From Phoronis australis (Eukaryota; Animalia; Phoronida), in the NCBI GenBank assembly GCA_002633005.1, contig NMRA01000555.1, forward strand, positions 1 through 64,000: DNA of 64,000 nt, written 5' to 3'. Below the pieces are notes generated by a model. It was given only the letters and a program-made list of their open reading frames with translations, was not told the origin of the DNA and did no database searches. Made by a program: the position numbers and the translations under genes. This document shows, piece by piece, positions 13,058-25,906 of this stretch (position 1 is its first letter; each line of letters begins with the position of its first letter).

Positions 13058-14492
13058 AGGCGAAGGCAACCTTTTTCATGTCAGTTTTAGCAAAAATAAG
13101 GTTCGTTGGTTATCCCAGACATATCTTATACTACTCCGGGAGTGACGTTTTGGGAGGTAAGAATTTCGCACCAATTTGGCTCTGCATTGAGTAGAGTGTG
13201 AGGATCTGTACTACTTTTGTTTTCGGGCTGTTTTTCTAAAATTGTCGTCACCACTTTCCGTCGACGAGTTTTCTATGACAAACTAGGTTGTTAGAGAAAC
13301 TAGTTACGATGGATTTCGGGGATTCTTTAGTTTGTATTAACTGGAGTCGGCTACCCATATCACAGAGACAGTACTGACGTGAGTAATGCAGACATTCTTC
13401 ATATAGCAGTGGTGACGAGGAATTTTTCCACGGACAGTCAGTGGGTGGGTGTACTTTGTATGTTTGAGCCCGAGTATAATGAGGCAGGGTACGCGCAGGC
13501 ACAACTGTCCCACTTGCCCCAGTGTCCCGCGACACACTCCCACTGGATGGTGACCTGAGCACCCAAACTGCTTACATCCCGCAGTGTGAATCTCGCGCCA
13601 CACACCTGGTAACTTTATAAATAGCTCCAATGCTTTAGACAAGTCCACAATAAACTTATCAAAGTTTGGCTCACCGATCTGTTCGTTGGACGACAAACTG
13701 CCCTCTTCACTGGGTGTCGAACTGGGCCTGTATTCACTCCCACAACTCAACATCGCTGCAGGGCTGATTACAGGCTCTGTGTTAGAGACAACAGCACAAG
13801 GCGAATCAACGCTAGTTCCCAGAATTGCACGCTCTGTACCTTCGGAGGCACAGCTGACAGTAGATGAAGTGCCTCCAGTCACTGTAGTGGCCATAACTTG
13901 CGAGGCTTCTCGCTTCAAAAACGCACTTCTCGGGGGTGGCGACGGAGCACTGCCGGGAATCAACAGCTACGGTGTCGCACCCTACTTCAGGCGTTGTTTC
14001 GCAGGGACCTTCATCAATTCAGTGTACATATCCCTCTCGTAATCTGACGGCAGAAAATGCTTGCCACACACTCGGTAACCCTCCACTGCTTTGAACGTTG
14101 CGTTGACGGGCAACGCTGCGTTCTTCACACAAACCAGCCAAGTACGGCGAAATGTGTGATCCTTTGGAAAGTGATACAAAGCCTGGCATTCCCAAAGCGC
14201 GCGTGAGACGATGATGGGTACATCCCGGTGCGCAGCAACAGTGTGGCTTGTTGCCTGACTCGTAAACAAAAGCAAACGACGACCGAACTTTCACAACCAA
14301 GGTAGAACAATGACTGACTCGACAGCTCTCACAGTCAGAGTATATGAAAAGAAATTGGCGCGAAATTCTTGCCTCCCAAAACGTCACTTCCGGAGTAGAG
14401 CACGAATATGTAATTAAGTGAAAAAATATGTCTGGGATAACCAAAGAACCTTATTTTTGCTAAAATGACATGAAAAAAGGTTGCCTTCGATT
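13058..14492 (-). mobile_element. Kolobok-type DNA transposon, internally deleted
   Basis: TTAA flanks (13054-13057, 14493-14496), imperfect TIRs >100 bp starting AGGCGAAGGCAACC, and an internal THAP remnant. Confidence 0.8.
13337..14250 (-). pseudogene. THAP-containing transposase N-terminus (frameshifted, with stops)
   Basis: CCAPGC / HFPKD..RRTW / RVCGKHF..DY / RLK*GATP, then KFIVDLSKALELF followed by Cys/His motifs. Confidence 0.75.
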
Positions 14493-14523
14493 TTAATTTG
14501 TATTCTTTTTTAACTAATCTTGC

Positions 14524-14760
14524 TGTCATGACGTTAACATTGTTTTCTCGTTCACGTTACACGTTCACTTTGCGATATGAGTTATCGTTACGTTATCCCT
14601 GATTTTCTTTTATACGTTTCTAGTTTTCTTCCAATCAGTTTGTTGCAAGTTTTCTGTCGTCATATAGCGTTCTTTAGTTATTACTTGCTTTCAGTGTTCT
14701 CTCAATATTTTGATAAGTCAGACGTGTTTTACGAACCGCCTCAGTTTTCCGTCCTTCACA
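14524..14760 (+). repeat. 5' LTR of the BEL/Pao element
   Basis: tgtcatgacgttaac...ccttcaca; homologous to 25147-25386. Confidence 0.9.
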
Positions 14761-15041
14761 TGTTTGGTGCCGTCATGTCGTGAACACATCCACTAAAACA
14801 AGAAACTGTAGGAACACCGCATTTATCCACCTTCACTCTTATCAGGCTTCTATTGTGAGTCAGCATGCGTGAATAATTGGCTGATAAGCCACCTCTGGAA
14901 CTACTTTTGGCTGAATGGATGACCAGGCCATAAAATGATAATTAGCCAAGACCAGTTACTATAATGCAACAAAGAATAATGTCTTGCATCACCTAGCCTT
15001 GGTGGAAAGCTGTATACTGTATTGGCTCAAACAAACGCTTA

Positions 15042-15662
15042 NNNNNNNNNNNNNNNNNNNNNNNNNNNNNNNNNNNNNNNNNNNNNNNNNNNNNNNNNNN
15101 NNNNNNNNNNNNNNNNNNNNNNNNNNNNNNNNNNNNNNNNNNNNNNNNNNNNNNNNNNNNNNNNNNNNNNNNNNNNNNNNNNNNNNNNNNNNNNNNNNNN
15201 NNNNNNNNNNNNNNNNNNNNNNNNNNNNNNNNNNNNNNNNNNNNNNNNNNNNNNNNNNNNNNNNNNNNNNNNNNNNNNNNNNNNNNNNNNNNNNNNNNNN
15301 NNNNNNNNNNNNNNNNNNNNNNNNNNNNNNNNNNNNNNNNNNNNNNNNNNNNNNNNNNNNNNNNNNNNNNNNNNNNNNNNNNNNNNNNNNNNNNNNNNNN
15401 NNNNNNNNNNNNNNNNNNNNNNNNNNNNNNNNNNNNNNNNNNNNNNNNNNNNNNNNNNNNNNNNNNNNNNNNNNNNNNNNNNNNNNNNNNNNNNNNNNNN
15501 NNNNNNNNNNNNNNNNNNNNNNNNNNNNNNNNNNNNNNNNNNNNNNNNNNNNNNNNNNNNNNNNNNNNNNNNNNNNNNNNNNNNNNNNNNNNNNNNNNNN
15601 NNNNNNNNNNNNNNNNNNNNNNNNNNNNNNNNNNNNNNNNNNNNNNNNNNNNNNNNNNNNNN
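15042..15662. other. Assembly gap (N run)
   Basis: Run of N. Confidence 0.99.
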
Positions 15663-16559
15663 GGCATGCTAAAGCCTTCTTAATTTTCGTACTTCAGGAA
15701 CATAACAATCACGTGTTTTGTACACATACGCGCACGCCGCAGATCACATCTCGGAAATTGCCGATTTGACGGATGACAATGAATGAACACAATGAAATTA
15801 ACAACGTCGTTTTACAGCTTGTAAGATTCATAATAAACGTACGTATTTTGAATATTGCAATGCATGTGTTCCAAAATCTAAATAACTTGGGTCCTATATT
15901 TTTGTATTAGTGCGCGCCGAATGAAAGTAATCGTGAGTGTTGCTGTGTTGCAAAATCTCTTACCCTGGGCCGATTTGAAAAATTCAAAGTTGTACTCATA
16001 TTTGTTTTCGCTCCTCTTTTCAAATATTACAGTAAAAACTACGTAAAACACTCTCCATAAAATGTACAGTCTGCTAGCTAGATTGTAATCAGCTGATCAT
16101 ATCCGCATGAGCAAAGCCAATTATCCTAGCTCGTGACTCGATGACTAGAGCAGCTTGGCGGCATCCCTTTGATCGTGAGCCGAGTGCGACTCAGCCAAGG
16201 TGTATAAATACGGTCTAGTTCAATTTCCCATACCTCACCGTTTACCTTAACCACTGGGGTTAGGACCAATCTTATTTAGTGGGAATGTTCATAACATGGT
16301 AACCTGTTCAATAGTATGGAACTCAGTAAAAAAAGACAGTAACTTTGCCAGCTCAACATCGACAGACTTTTACTTTAATAGCCAGCACATCTGTTTGCCG
16401 ACATCTCAACAATTGAAAAAATAGACAGCAACATAAAACCCATTGAAGACCAAAAGAACCTATATGTGGAATACGAAACACAAGATGCATCGACCATCAC
16501 CGGCAATAGCAACCAACTACAATATCTGGAAAGCAGCAACGAATACCTCTTCCTAATCA

Positions 16560-19500
16560 CACAGTCACTTACCCAAGCTAGAACTCGCCAAATTTTCTGG
16601 ACATCTGCTTGATTATCCCGCTTTCTGGGATTCGTACAAAACCACGATCCTCGAAAATAACCATCTGCAACCCGTACTAAAATTCCAATGTCTTAAATCC
16701 GTGCTGAAAGGACCTGCGCTGGACGTCGTTGCTGGCATACAGTTGACAAACGCATCTTACACAGTCGCCATAGAGCTCCTACTGGAAAGATACGGTTCAG
16801 TAACGAAATTACGCACACATATCTTACGTACTCTAAACGACATGGACAGTGATGGAAACTTCCAGAAGTTTTATGACACCTTCGAAAAACTTATCCGCAA
16901 CCTTTATGCACTGGACCCACATGAAAACAAGGACTTATTGGTGCCTACTATCTTAGACAAATTACCAAGTCGGATCCGCGAGAACATAGCGAGAGCCAAC
17001 GGTGGTACTTTGGATTTGACCAAGACAACACTACGAACACATATGAAAACAGAACTAGATGTGATCAATGCCTGTGTCGACATACATGGTCCTCCTACCT
17101 CGACACCGCCAACTGCAGCTTTTTTACAAACACTTCCAAAGGTCCTCGCATGTGTTTTTTCTCCAATACCGCAGCGCACACAGCAACTTCTTGCCAACTT
17201 CCCTGCGATGACAAACTCAACATTGTTAAGCAACAAAAAGATTGGTTTAAATATTTGGGGCGACACAAAGTAGTAGTTTGTAGATCACAAAACAGAAGTA
17301 GGCGATGCAAAGCAAAACATCACACCAGCCTGTGCAGCCAGATCGGAGAACACTCATCCGCATCAACCCAACACAACAAGACGCCCACGCAAGAAACCCT
17401 CCCCCACCCCAGAGTGACCCCTAATGTAATTAGCGTCTACCTCAGAGTGACCTATCAGAAAGCCCGCAACCATCAAGGACAAACCACCCATTCAAACAAA
17501 CAATACCTCAGTGACGATGCATGTGTCCTCTGCAAACACGGTTCTACTCAAAACAGCCACTGCGTCAGTCAGTGACGGTAGCCAGATGACACACACAGCG
17601 AACATTCTTTTCGACGAGGGTGCTCAACGATCGTTTATAAGTTCATCACTCGCCTCAAAGTTACACCTGAAACCAGTTCGACAGATCATCGAACACATTT
17701 GACGTATGCCGCGTATTTGTGATGACGCTCGATGGCACCACTATCCCGTTGGAGGTATTAGTTATTCCTCTTGTTGCCGGTCCCCTTCACATTAAATTGG
17801 ATACCGTTCGTGCCTGTGGACATCTTACGGGTCTACGTCTAGCTCATTCCCCTAACCAAGATGGTCACTTTATGGTAGGCAATTTAATCGGTGCAGATAG
17901 ATACTGGGACTTTGTTCAAGACTGAGGCATTCGTGGTGATGGACCTACGGCGGTCAAATCCAAGTTAAAACATCTGGTTTCTGGTCCAATGCGACAAAGT
18001 GATCCCGGCAGTCAGTCCACTACCTGTATACAACACTAGGCTGTTGTGGACCCGCTGGACCTGGAACGTTACTGGGATTTGAAGCACATCGGCATAAAAC
18101 ATGACATGACAGAAGTAAATTTTACTGAACTTTATCAAAAGGAACTACATTCGTTTTACAACACCATTATCCGTGAGGCCGGTACCTGCACATATGTTGC
18201 GACACTGCCTTGGAAGACTGACCATCCAGACTAACCGACAAACTATGGGGTAGCTTTTTCGTGCACACGTGCCATGGTCAGAAGACTAGACTCCGACACT
18301 CGTGATCGCTATCAAAAGATTATTGAAAAGCAACTACTCGATGATACTATCGAGTTCGCAAATTTCGTCCATCTCAAGTGGTCACTTCATCCCACACAGA
18401 CCCGTGTACAAGACCAACTCTAAAACGACGCCTATTAGGATAGTGTACGACTGTAGTTGCAAGGCCAATTCAAGCAACACATCCTTGAATGGCTGTTTGG
18501 AAGTTGTTCCACCATTGATTATTCATTTGTGCGAAATCCTACTTCGCTTTCGTTTACACAAAATTGGAATATCATCGGATATTGGGAATGGTTTTCATCA
18601 AGTGCAACTTCACGAGTCTGATCGAGACTGTCTGAAGTTTCTATGTCTGTCAGATGACAACAACGCAGAGAGTGACTTTATCCTGTATCACTTCCACACA
18701 TTACTGTTTGGGGCTTTATGTTATCCATTCCTTTTGAACGCCACAATCAAGCATCACTTAAGTTCATACTCCGATATAGCCAGTACTATTGCCAGACATT
18801 GCTACCTGGACAACGTTCTTACGGGTTGCGAAAATACAACCACTGCAGAGAATTTCTTTCACAACTCAAGGGACATTATGATGGCAGCAGGCTTCAATTT
18901 AAGATCATGGAGTTCGAGTGATGTAACGGTTAGGCAGTGCGCATCTCATTTTGATGTTGACGACACATCACCAAATGTCAAGATTCTTGGAATAAACTGG
19001 AACCCAGTCAACTTAGTCAACCATGATCAAAGCGAGTACAACGCGGGGAATATCACCAAAATCATATTGTAAGTTCTGCTGCTAAATTTTTTGATCCTCT
19101 TGGATTAGTAAATCCTGTGTCAGTACGTGCCAAGCTATTTATTCAAAAGTAATGGTCTTTGGAATGCGACTGGGATGAACCTCTTAAGTCAGGTTTAAAG
19201 AGCCAATGAAATGAGACTCTTGCGGACTTGAAGTTCTGTTCAACTTTTATACTTCCCAGACAATACTTCACTGGAGATTCTTCTGTCAACAACTTAACAT
19301 TACACGTATTTTGCGATGCAAGTGACAAGGCTTACGGAGCAAGTGTTTACCTCCACTGTGATGGTGCTTCGTCTTTAGTGATGTCAAAGTGCAGAGCAGC
19401 ACCCTTGAAATCTCGTCGCACTCTTCCAGATTTGGAACTGTTGGCTGCTGTACATGGATCCCGATCAAAGAAGTTTGTCGAAAATGCGTTTCCACATGTC

Positions 19501-21131
19501 GTCATAGACAAAGTTTTGATGTGTTCTGACAGTCGAGTCGTTTTACACTGGCTACACAGTCGCAAAACATTGACAGCTTTCACCAGAAATAGCGTCAGCG
19601 AAATCAATGACGAAACGCAGCTGGTTGTATTGTCCAACACAAGACAGCCTCGCAGATTTATTGACACGAGGTGTACAGTTTGCCGCATTTGAAAATTCGT
19701 CCCTGTAGTGGTATGGACCACTCTAGATACGATGTGAAGAGTGGCCATCTCAGTCGTGGAATTCTCATAACTCACTACCAGAAGTAGAAGTTTTAGCTGT
19801 GGTGAACGAGGACACGCCTAACCAAGACAACGAAGATTTTGGAATACACGAACTGATGAACATTACAGAATCGTCAATAAAGCGTTCATACCGCGTCACA
19901 GCCTATGTTAATCGTTCATTTCCCGTGTTAAGAAACAAAACACGCCAGCATCGGTCAATTTAACAGCCTCGGAAATCACTCTCACAGAAACCCAATGGTT
20001 GAAAGGAGTTCAACAGTCTGCGAATTAACACAGCTCATGAAAGGAAAGCGTCTCAGATCTCCACTGGTACGTCAGTTAGGACTGTTTGTCAGAGATGGTT
20101 TGATTCGCGCAGAGGACGTATGCATAACGCTGACCTTCCAATCCGAACAAAGTTTCCAATATTGTTACCATCTAAACATCGTTTCACCGACCTGATTATT
20201 CGCGATGCCCATTGTTTTAATCTGCATAGTGGTGTAAACACTTTAAGTACTGCATTTCGCTAGCTGTACTGGATACCTCGAATTCGCGAGAGTATTCGGG
20301 CCGTTGCTCGTACTTGTGTCACATGCTGCCCTGTTAATGGCCCTCCATGTAGATCTCCTCATCGGCATGGCGTGTAAAAGATGCACAGCCGTTCGAAATC
20401 ACTGGTGTAGATTTCTCAGGACACTGATTGGTCAAGCAATATCAAGGGCGAGACACGAAAGTTTATGTCTGCTTGTTTACCTGCCCCACGACTCGTGTTA
20501 AGATTTAGAATTGGTCCAAGACATTACTTTCACAACTTTCCTACAAGCGTTTTAAAGATGTTGTAGTCGTCGTTCAACGCCCAAAATAATGTTGTCGGAC
20601 AATGGTACTAATTTCGTAGGTTCACCCCAAGAGATTCAACAGATGATGAATTTAGTAAACGTCCAACACTTTCCAACTCACAGAAACATTGAGTGGAAAT
20701 TCATTCCTAGAAGAGCCCCATGGTGGGGAATTTTGGGAAATATTGATTGGACTCACAAAAACTGCTATTAAGAAGATGATCGGTCGATCCAAGATTAACT
20801 ATCATGAGCTGAACACTATTCTCACAGAATGCGAGTGCGTATTGAACAACCGCCCACTAAAATTTTTGTCCAGTGACATTTCTGACGCAGATCCACTCAC
20901 TCCAAACCAACACATCTATGGTCGTGATATTGGAAATTTACCGTTTCGGCATGTTGAAGAACATGAACTCTCCTATCCTGACTTCCACTAAACAGCTTTC
21001 GAAGCCATGTACAACAAACGTTCTCGTTTTATTAGCCCATGGTGGAAACACGAGTATTTGACATCACTAAGGGAGATGTCAAACAATCGGAAGAAAACAG
21101 GGAATCCTACTTCGTTACAGATTGGAGACAT
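16560..21131 (+). pseudogene. BEL/Pao gag-pol remnants
   Basis: gag LKGPALDVVAG..NASYTVAIELLLERYG; protease ILFDEGAQRSFI; RT FIPHRPV..TTPIRIVYDCS and CYLDNVL; RNase H LHVFCDASDKAYGA; integrase SDNGTNFVG and LNNRPL. The C-terminus resumes at ~24914-25090 (LIHDDNLPR...RPIMKLYPLE). Confidence 0.9.
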
Positions 21132-21616
21132 ATAGATTATTACATGGGGAAGTCGTTATCCCCCGTATTCTAGAACCCGAGTAGATTTTGGAGTATTATC
21201 GCCCGAGGGTCGTTAGCTCCGAGTGTGATAAATCTCCAAAATTCACGAGGGTTCTAGATAAGGGGGCTAACGACTGAGAACATGTAACAATCTATTTATA
21301 CCACATACTGAACTAAAAATATTGCAATGAATCTATCTACCTTTCTTGACTCGCCTCGGCTTTGTAACTACTTTCTATGTTAGAAGCCCGGGGTCGGAGT
21401 TCGTGACCTTTAAAGAAAAGCCGAGCTATTTCTGTCAAATAATGCTTTTCCTCAAAACCAATTGAAAATTTAAACAAAATTGCAATAAAGTGAATCTATA
21501 AATCAAGGTTTAGCAACTATTACAGCTTGCTACATATTTTTATCACGCTAAGCTTCCACGGTGAAAATATCGTCTGCTAAACTAGGTTACCACAAGTAAC
21601 TGAGTGTAATGCTCAA

Positions 21617-21748
21617 TTATAATAATACAACGATTAAAAATCCCTTTCAATTAGGAGGCCTTCTAAAGGCTATTGACCGCTAATAAGAAGGTCCGCTAAA
21701 CCAAATAAATCAACGGAAATGCAAAAATCAGTAGGAATAGGTGAGGTA

Positions 21749-21796
<48 letters not shown>

Positions 21797-23803
21797 CATA
21801 TATATAATCATAACATACTTAAAAAACAAAGTGAATTAGCGCTGAAAACGACCGACACGCCAGGAACCAACAAGTGGACTGGCACAGCTCTGGAGATTTT
21901 GGGAACACAATTAGATACCGTTACATGAAGCAATTGGAAATATGACAAATTGGACCGTAGCTGCTAATAATAAAATTGGTTAGGAAACTGAACAATGCAT
22001 GCAAAGAATGTTTTTTATTATATTTAGAGCAGAGACTGGTCTTTCGTTGTTGTTTATTAATCGAGGAATTCCAAATCTAAAACAGGCTCTTGGTGACAAT
22101 TTGTTGGAGGTAGGAACTAAAATTTTGGGTTGTATTGTCGGAATAGCAGTTGAGTATTGATTCAGGTATGTAGGAATTTTAATGTGTGTGGTTGGTTTAT
22201 ATTGGATGGGTTTAGTAAAAAGTTGTTAGTGTAAAAATATCTAGGAAGCTGATTCTTGATGGATTTGTAGTAAAATTTTGCTGTTGAGATTTTGAAGATG
22301 TCTTGAAGTAGAGAGAGGCGAAATTCCTTAAATATGGGCAAAGAGTGAACATTATAACTGGAATTTGAAATATTCCGAAAGATTCTCTTCTGGGCTGTCT
22401 GGAGTTTCCTAGTGTTGCCGAAACTCCAAGTTGCAATGCCATAGTTTAAATGTTCGAGGACAAGCGAATATACTAACTTGAAACCTGGCAGTGGAAAATA
22501 AAATTTCAATTTATAAATGAGTCCACCGAGATTGTTAAGTTTGTTTGAGATGAGGTTTATATGGGGGACCATGAGAGGTTTTTGTCAACGGTAATACCAA
22601 GGAAAGGATAACTGTTCACATGACATATGATTTTGATAAAAATATAAATGGTGGGAATAATACATTTTTCAATTTTATTTTGGGGGTAGTGGAAGATTAT
22701 AAATTTACTTTTTAGTGTGTTAATTCAAAGTTTGTTCACGGAAAACCAGTCTAAAATAGCTTTAAGGTTGTTGTTGGTTGTGGTTGATTGCTGTAAACTG
22801 TGTTGGGAAGATTCAGTCAGTTTGTAAGGTGTGAAGAGGCAAGTGTCGTCAGCATAATGAGGTGTGTCCATGGGAAAAGAAAACGAAAGATCATTTATGT
22901 ACATTAAGAAGAGAAGTGGGCCAAGGACAGAGGTTTGAGGAACTCCGGTAGCTATTGGTAACCAACTGGAAGTTGTATCTCTTAGTAAAACATATTGGGT
23001 GCGGTTTCAACAGTGTATATTCAACTCCAGTATTATCATAGTGATTTATCTTTTGAAAGAGTATTTGCTGGTCTATTGTGTCGAAAGCTTTAGAGAGATC
23101 GATAAAGATGAACAGGAGATTCATGTCATTATCAAGATGGGAACAAATGCGATCTAAAAGTGCAAGCGAAGCAAGTTCTGTAGAGTGACATTTCCTGAAA
23201 CCATATTGATGTTTACTAAGAATATAATTTAGGGAAGTTGAAAGTTGAGTATACATGTAGATAATTTTTTCTATAATTTTTGAGATTGTTGGGAGAATAG
23301 AAATGGATCTATAACTGCCCGGGTGCTCTGGGTCCAAACCATGTTGTTTAAATCTGGGATTACTTTAGCAATCTTTAGAGCATCTGGAAATATACCAGTG
23401 TGCAAGCGCTGGTTGAGGATGGTCGTGAGATGTTCAATTATACAAGGACTGCTTATTTTGATAATTTTAGATGATGAATTGTCATGACCAGTACTATTTG
23501 TTACGTCCATGTCCCTAATAATATCTAGTGCATGTTTATTATTAATTAGTTTGAATGAGAACTTAAATTTGTTTAGCGTGGGAAGATAATCTTCGAAATT
23601 TTCGATTTTTCTTCATAGTTATTGATTCAGAAAGGGACGGGCCGCTTTGGGTAAAGTAGGTGTTGAATAAACTTGTCATTCCGGGTAGGTCACTGATTTT
23701 AGTGTTATCTGAACGTACAGTGTAAGAGACATTCTGGTGAATCATTTTTTGTTCGAACGCCGTTTTTCATAACTGTCTTTATTGTATCCCATGTTTTATT
23801 CAA
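21617..23803 (-). mobile_element. 5'-truncated L2/CR1-group LINE
   Basis: YRSISILPTISKIIEK, QYGFRKCHSTE, FIDLSKAFDTID, VLGPLLFLMYINDL and YADD motifs with frameshifts. Flanked by tcaa on both sides. Contains (AT)n at 21752-21805. Confidence 0.85.
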
Positions 23804-24754
23804 GTCAGACACGATACCCGCATTCAAATTGGAGATCGGTGATTTACAAGTAAGAGAACGTGAGTGAAAAATTTTAGTGAATTAAAATATTGTTTTTATT
23901 GAAAGATTGCGTCTTGTTTTTCATAGCGTATAAATGTCGGTACAATGCCCTTTGTTGAACACGCGATTGTTGCGCGTGCTCATTTAAGTATTCCATTTTC
24001 ACCTTCGATGACTTCAGCCGCTGAGAGGTGCAGTGGTAAAGTCGACGACCCGAAACTCTTGCGGCCCAGGTTCGAAACCGGCCTCGGTTCCCGCCAAAAT
24101 GTTATCTCACCAGTGAGATAACTAAATGGGTTATTACACGGTTGTATTGGCCATTTGAGGCTGATATTGTGGTATAAATATAGATTATTACATGGCGAAG
24201 TCGTTATCCCCCGTTATCTAGAGCCCGAATGGATTTTGGAGAATGATCTACCTTTCTCGACTGGCCTCGGCTTTGTAACTACTTTCTATGTCAGAGCCCC
24301 GGGGTCGGAGGTCGTGACTTTTTAAGAAAAGCCGAGATATTTTTGTAAAATAATGCTTTTACTCAAAACCAATTGAAAAATAAAACAAAATAGAAATAAA
24401 GTGGATCTATAAATTAAGGTTTAGCAACAATTATAGCTTACTACACATTTTATCACGCTAAGCTTCCACGGTGAAAATATCGTCTGCTAAAGTAGGTTAC
24501 CACTAGTAACTGACTATAATGCTCAAGTCAAAGGATCCCGACCACACGACACCTGCATTCAAATTGGAGATCGGTGATTTACAAGTGAGAGAACACGAGA
24601 GAAAAATTTCATTGAATTAAAGTATCGTTTCTATGGAAATTATGCCTCTTATTTTTCATAGCGTATAGATGTCGGTGCAATGCCCTTTCCTGAACATGCG
24701 ATTGTTGCGCGTGCTCATTTAAGTATTCTATTTTCACGTTCAATGACGTCAGCC

Positions 24755-24823
24755 GCTGAGTGGTGTAGTGGTAAAGTCGGCGACTCGCAACTGTTGAGGC
24801 CCGGGTTCGAATCCGGCCTCGGT
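24755..24823 (+). ncRNA. tRNA-derived (Ala-CGC-like) pseudo-tRNA with Pol III A and B boxes
   Basis: A box TGGTGTAGTGG, B box GGTTCGAATCC, loop CT-CGC-AA, imperfect acceptor stem. A more decayed copy lies at 24020-24088. Confidence 0.6.
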
Positions 24824-25146
24824 TTCCCGCAAAATGTTGTATCACTAGTGAGATAACTTTATGGGTTATTACACGGTAGTATCTGGCACTTGAGGCTAAT
24901 AATGTGGTATAAATTGTTTTAATTGTTTTAATACATGATGACAATTTACCAAGAATACTTTGGCAACTACTGTAGGAATGGTTGATGATGTAAATGTAGG
25001 ACGTGAGAATAATATTCGATCTGTATCGCTGCGCACAAAATCCGGTCTAACCAACAGACCCATTATGAAGTTATATCCCCTGGAATCTTCACTAGCATGA
25101 ACTATCTGTAGATGCGTTTAGAATTAACTGTTTGTCCCGAAGAGGA

Positions 25147-25386
25147 TGTCATGATGTTAACATTGTTTTCTCGTTCACATTTCACATTCACTTTCATGAG
25201 TTACCATTATGTTTTCCCTGATTTTCTTTCTTTCGTTTCTAATATTCGTCTAATCAGTTTGTTTCAAGTTTCCGTTTGTCAGAAGATCTATAGCGTTCTG
25301 TAGTTTTTACTTGCTTTCAGCGTTCTCTCAATATTTCAATAAATCAGACGTGTTTTACAAACCGCCTCAGTTTTCTCTTCTTCACA
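25147..25386 (+). repeat. 3' LTR of the BEL/Pao element
   Basis: tgtcatgatgttaac...tcttcaca; clearly diverged from the 5' LTR. Confidence 0.9.
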
Positions 25387-25542
25387 CTTGCATTGTATCT
25401 TATTTCATTGTAGATGTACTCATTTCTGTTGGTATTTACATTGTTTTTCTTAATTGTTCAATTTACTGTTACTCGGTGGTCAGCTTGTAGCGGCCCCTGC
25501 ATTTGCTTGCCACCCAGTCATATAACAATGTATGTTTTATGT

Positions 25543-25906
25543 GACAGAAAACAATCTTGCGTTCATTGCCAGGTCTAGTTGGATAGTCCAAAATTCCAAT
25601 AGTTGGACGGTCCACGAGTTCAAATTTTCACGTGTACACATGCACCGAGTTTCACAAGGCCGAATCCCTCAATGAAGAAATCACGTTGACCATAGGTGCA
25701 AAGGTTCTCATATCTGAAGTTCTGCATGTGGGAGGTTTGATTTGTCTACAGTCCAGTTAATAGGACAGAAAACATTCCAGGTTTGAAACCCTCGACCGGA
25801 GCCCCCTTTCACGAAACTCACTATATGAAGCTTTTGGCCATGAGGTGCTCGGCAGTATGTAATACATCAACAAAGAAAATGTTCACACTTTGTCAGAATA
25901 AATATT
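25543..25906. repeat. Segmental duplicate of 910-1282
   Basis: Colinear similarity in the same orientation. Confidence 0.85.

Larger units (their letters stand above)
21132..24913. mobile_element. Two head-to-tail units of a non-autonomous element with a 5' hairpin and asymmetric inverted repeat (Crypton-like architecture)
   Basis: Unit 1 is 21132-24179 (split by a LINE); unit 2 is 24180-24913. Both start atagattattacatgg and end tgtggtataaa. Hairpin at 21132-21295 is followed by ttataccaca, the complement of the 3' end. Confidence 0.6.
14524..25386 (+). mobile_element. Full-length degenerate BEL/Pao LTR retrotransposon with nested insertions
   Basis: TG...CA LTRs at both ends, TSD CTTGC (14519-14523 and 25387-25391), PBS TGGTGCCGT at 14764 (tRNA-His-like), purine tract before the 3' LTR, and gag-PR-RT-RH-IN remnants. 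Confidence 0.92.

Noticed and set aside
14984-15769. Long X-filled ORFs (also 35801..36483)
   Set aside because: Artefacts of N gaps.
24755-24823. Functional tRNA-Ala gene
   Set aside because: Mismatched stems, embedded in a repeated element, and the second copy is decayed.
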